Source: a virus (lineage: Duplodnaviria > Caudoviricetes). Taken from it: a DNA stretch of 27,674 nucleotides. The DNA lies in the IMG/VR virus record IMGVR_UViG_3300033076_001150, positions 1-27,674 of that record, one strand, 5' to 3'. Of the stretch, positions 26,430 through 27,674 are shown piece after piece. The number at the start of each line of letters is the position of its first letter. Position 1 is the stretch's first letter. The notes beneath the pieces are model-generated. The model was not told where the DNA came from, did not search any database, and saw only the letters and a list, made by a program, of their open reading frames with translations. The translations under genes and the position numbers were made by a program.

Positions 26430-26533
26430 TGATCGACCAGAAAGCCGCACGTGCTCAATCTAGGAAAGATTCTTCGGCGCGCGGAGGGCACGCCTTCATC
26501 AAAGAGCACGTGCGGCAGTCTGATGGATCAGGC
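26430..26533 (-). ncRNA. Structured intergenic element B (homolog of A)
   Basis: Minus strand TGATCCATCAGA-CT-GCCGCACGTGCTC [47 nt] GAGCACGTGCGGC-TT-TCTGGTCGATCA. Confidence 0.65.
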
Positions 26534-27145
26534 GTTACTGATCTTCACGTCCCACGCCTGCCCCTTAACGCCGGGGTCCATCAGGCGGCGCACAGTGATG
26601 CGCTTCCCGATGAGGGCAGCAGGGTTGTTGATCGGCTGAGGCGCGCTAGCGTTGTACACCTTGATCGCCTCTTGCGTGGCGCGAATGTCCACCACCCAGC
26701 CGCGCTCGCCTTCATCGCCGCTGGCCGCTTCCGCGTCGAATTCCAGCATCGAAACCTCAGCAGGAGAGAGACGGTACTCCGTGTCGAGGATGAACACTGT
26801 ATCCATCACAGGACGGTTCGGCTTGCCGTCCATACCCACATCGTTGCCCGTCGGCTTGACTCCCTTACCGCTCTGGCCTGCCGGCCAGTACTTCAGCCCA
26901 CCACCCTCATTCGGGTGGAAGCTTGCGTGCACGTCCTTGATGTCCCTGATGACACCTGTGCGCTCCGTGCCCTTGAAATGCGTGCGGTTGAAAAGTCCAG
27001 GGCGGCGCTTGCCGCCACCGAACAGCGACCCGCCACCAAGTTCGCCGCCTTGCGGCATCAAACTCGCGCCAGCCGCACTACCGGCCGCCGCCGCGTTGCT
27101 CTGTGGGCTGGTTTGCGCCGCCGCCCATGCGTCCTGCTGCGTCAT
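26528..27145 (-). CDS. Probable actinophage-type ssDNA-binding protein
   Basis: GAGGAG RBS; TGVIRDI..LKYW..PVMDTVFILDTE..DEGER..LIGKRITVR pattern recalled from actinophage OB-fold SSBs. Confidence 0.55.
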   Translation of the reverse strand: MTQQDAWAAAQTSPQSNAAAAGSAAGASLMPQGGELGGGSLFGGGKRRPGLFNRTHFKGTERTGVIRDIKDVHASFHPNEGGGLKYWPAGQSGKGVKPTGNDVGMDGKPNRPVMDTVFILDTEYRLSPAEVSMLEFDAEAASGDEGERGWVVDIRATQEAIKVYNASAPQPINNPAALIGKRITVRRLMDPGVKGQAWDVKISNA

Positions 27146-27196
27146 CCGCGTTTTCTCCTCAGCTTGCGATGCTTACTCTTTGCGCGTGTTGCGCAG

Positions 27197-27274
27197 CGCC
27201 CCCGGCCGGATTCGAACCGGCATACCCTGTCGTTACGCCATGGCTCAGTGCTCTACCGATTGAGCTACAGGGGC
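27197..27274 (-). tRNA. tRNA-like gene with aberrant anticodon arm (isotype undetermined)
   Basis: GCCCCTG/CGGGGGC acceptor; TA-GCTC-AATCGGTA-GAGC D-arm; GCCGG-TTCGAAT-CCGGC T-arm; 22-nt anticodon region with only CTG/CAG paired. Confidence 0.75.
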
Positions 27275-27280
27275 GTTCCT

Positions 27281-27315
27281 GTTGCCGCTACAGCAGTCGT
27301 GGCCGTAGCGGCAAC
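27281..27315 (-). other. 14-bp leader hairpin between promoter and tRNA-like gene
   Basis: Minus strand GTTGCCGCTACGGC-cacgact-GCTGTAGCGGCAAC. Confidence 0.7.
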
Positions 27316-27328
27316 TCGACGCTCTTGC

Positions 27329-27356
27329 ATCGTACACGGCATCACTCGGCTGTCAA
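27329..27356 (-). promoter_or_regulatory. Conserved-spacer promoter copy 3
   Basis: Minus strand ccagTTGACA-gccgagtgatgccgtg-TACGAT. Confidence 0.75.
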
Positions 27357-27357
27357 C

Positions 27358-27652
27358 TGGCCTAACCGTTCCCGCTGCCATTTTCGCCGCCGTAGCCATA
27401 GCTGTCACCGCTGCCGACGCCGACGCCGTAGCCGTCGCCGTCGCCGTCGCCGCCGTAGCCGTAGCCGTCCCCGCCACCGCCGCCATCTCCGCCGCCGTAG
27501 CCATCTCCGCCGCTGTCGCCGCCACCGCTACCGCCGCCGCCGTAGCCGTAGCTGTCGTAATCTGATGCGCTGTTCACTCGGGCACTCCCTCGATGCTGGC
27601 GCGAGTCCTGCTTGGCCTAACCGTTCCCGCTGCCATTTTCGCCGCCGTAGCC
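27358..27652. repeat. 40-bp exact direct repeat (27358-27397 and 27613-27652)
   Basis: TGGCCTAACCGTTCCCGCTGCCATTTTCGCCGCCGTAGCC occurs twice. Confidence 0.9.
27362..27577 (-). CDS. Gly/Asp/Tyr-rich low-complexity protein
   Basis: GAGGGAG RBS, GTG start; GDGYGYGGDG repeats. Confidence 0.65.
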   Translation of the reverse strand: MNSASDYDSYGYGGGGSGGGDSGGDGYGGGDGGGGGDGYGYGGDGDGDGYGVGVGSGDSYGYGGENGSGNG

Positions 27653-27673
27653 GTTCCCGCTGCTGTCGCCGTC
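27617..27673 (-). CDS. 3' end of another Gly-rich protein (partial)
   Basis: DGDSSGNGYGGENGSGNG-stop, same C-terminus as 27362..27577. Confidence 0.55.
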   Translation of the reverse strand, partial: DGDSSGNGYGGENGSGNG

Positions 27674-27674
27674 A

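Noticed and set aside
26457-26503. Hammerhead ribozyme in element B (TTGATGA...GAAG three-way junction)
   Set aside because: Core deviates from CUGANGA/GAAA/UH and is absent from homologous element A
26312-27565. 417-aa + strand ORF
   Set aside because: Antisense shadow of the SSB-like gene, tRNA-like gene and Gly-rich gene; its Ala/Val tail is just the complement of GGC/GAC repeats
120-27652. CRISPR array
   Set aside because: Each repeat occurs only twice, hundreds of bp apart; no regular repeat-spacer array or cas gene

Overview
GC-rich segment of an actinomycete siphovirus-like phage or prophage; the host group (Streptomyces/Micromonospora-like) is inferred from gene content. The + strand from about 0.8 to 19.5 kb is a virion and lysis operon: HK97-type portal, ClpP head protease, major capsid, head accessory genes, connector genes, two paralogous tail-tube-like proteins, a -1 frameshifted tail chaperone, tape measure, minor tails, amidase endolysin, membrane proteins and holin. 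It ends at a perfect 27-bp inverted repeat where it meets a convergent - strand arm (19.6-27.7 kb). That arm carries a WhiB-like regulator, an HTH protein, a permuted papain-like amidase, a probable SSB, Gly-rich genes, and an operon resembling an actinomycete plasmid transfer module: a DUF2637/Spd-like membrane protein, a TraB-like FtsK ATPase and a membrane-embedded GIY-YIG protein. Notable non-coding features: two tRNA-like elements with aberrant anticodon arms, each behind a TTGCCGC..GCGGCA hairpin; two covarying stem elements whose internal loops are mutually complementary; a TTGACA-N16 promoter family with a conserved spacer; and ~40-bp direct repeats bracketing small gene units beside those promoters. 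No terminase, integrase or polymerase lies in the window. All family assignments are by motif recognition, not database search.
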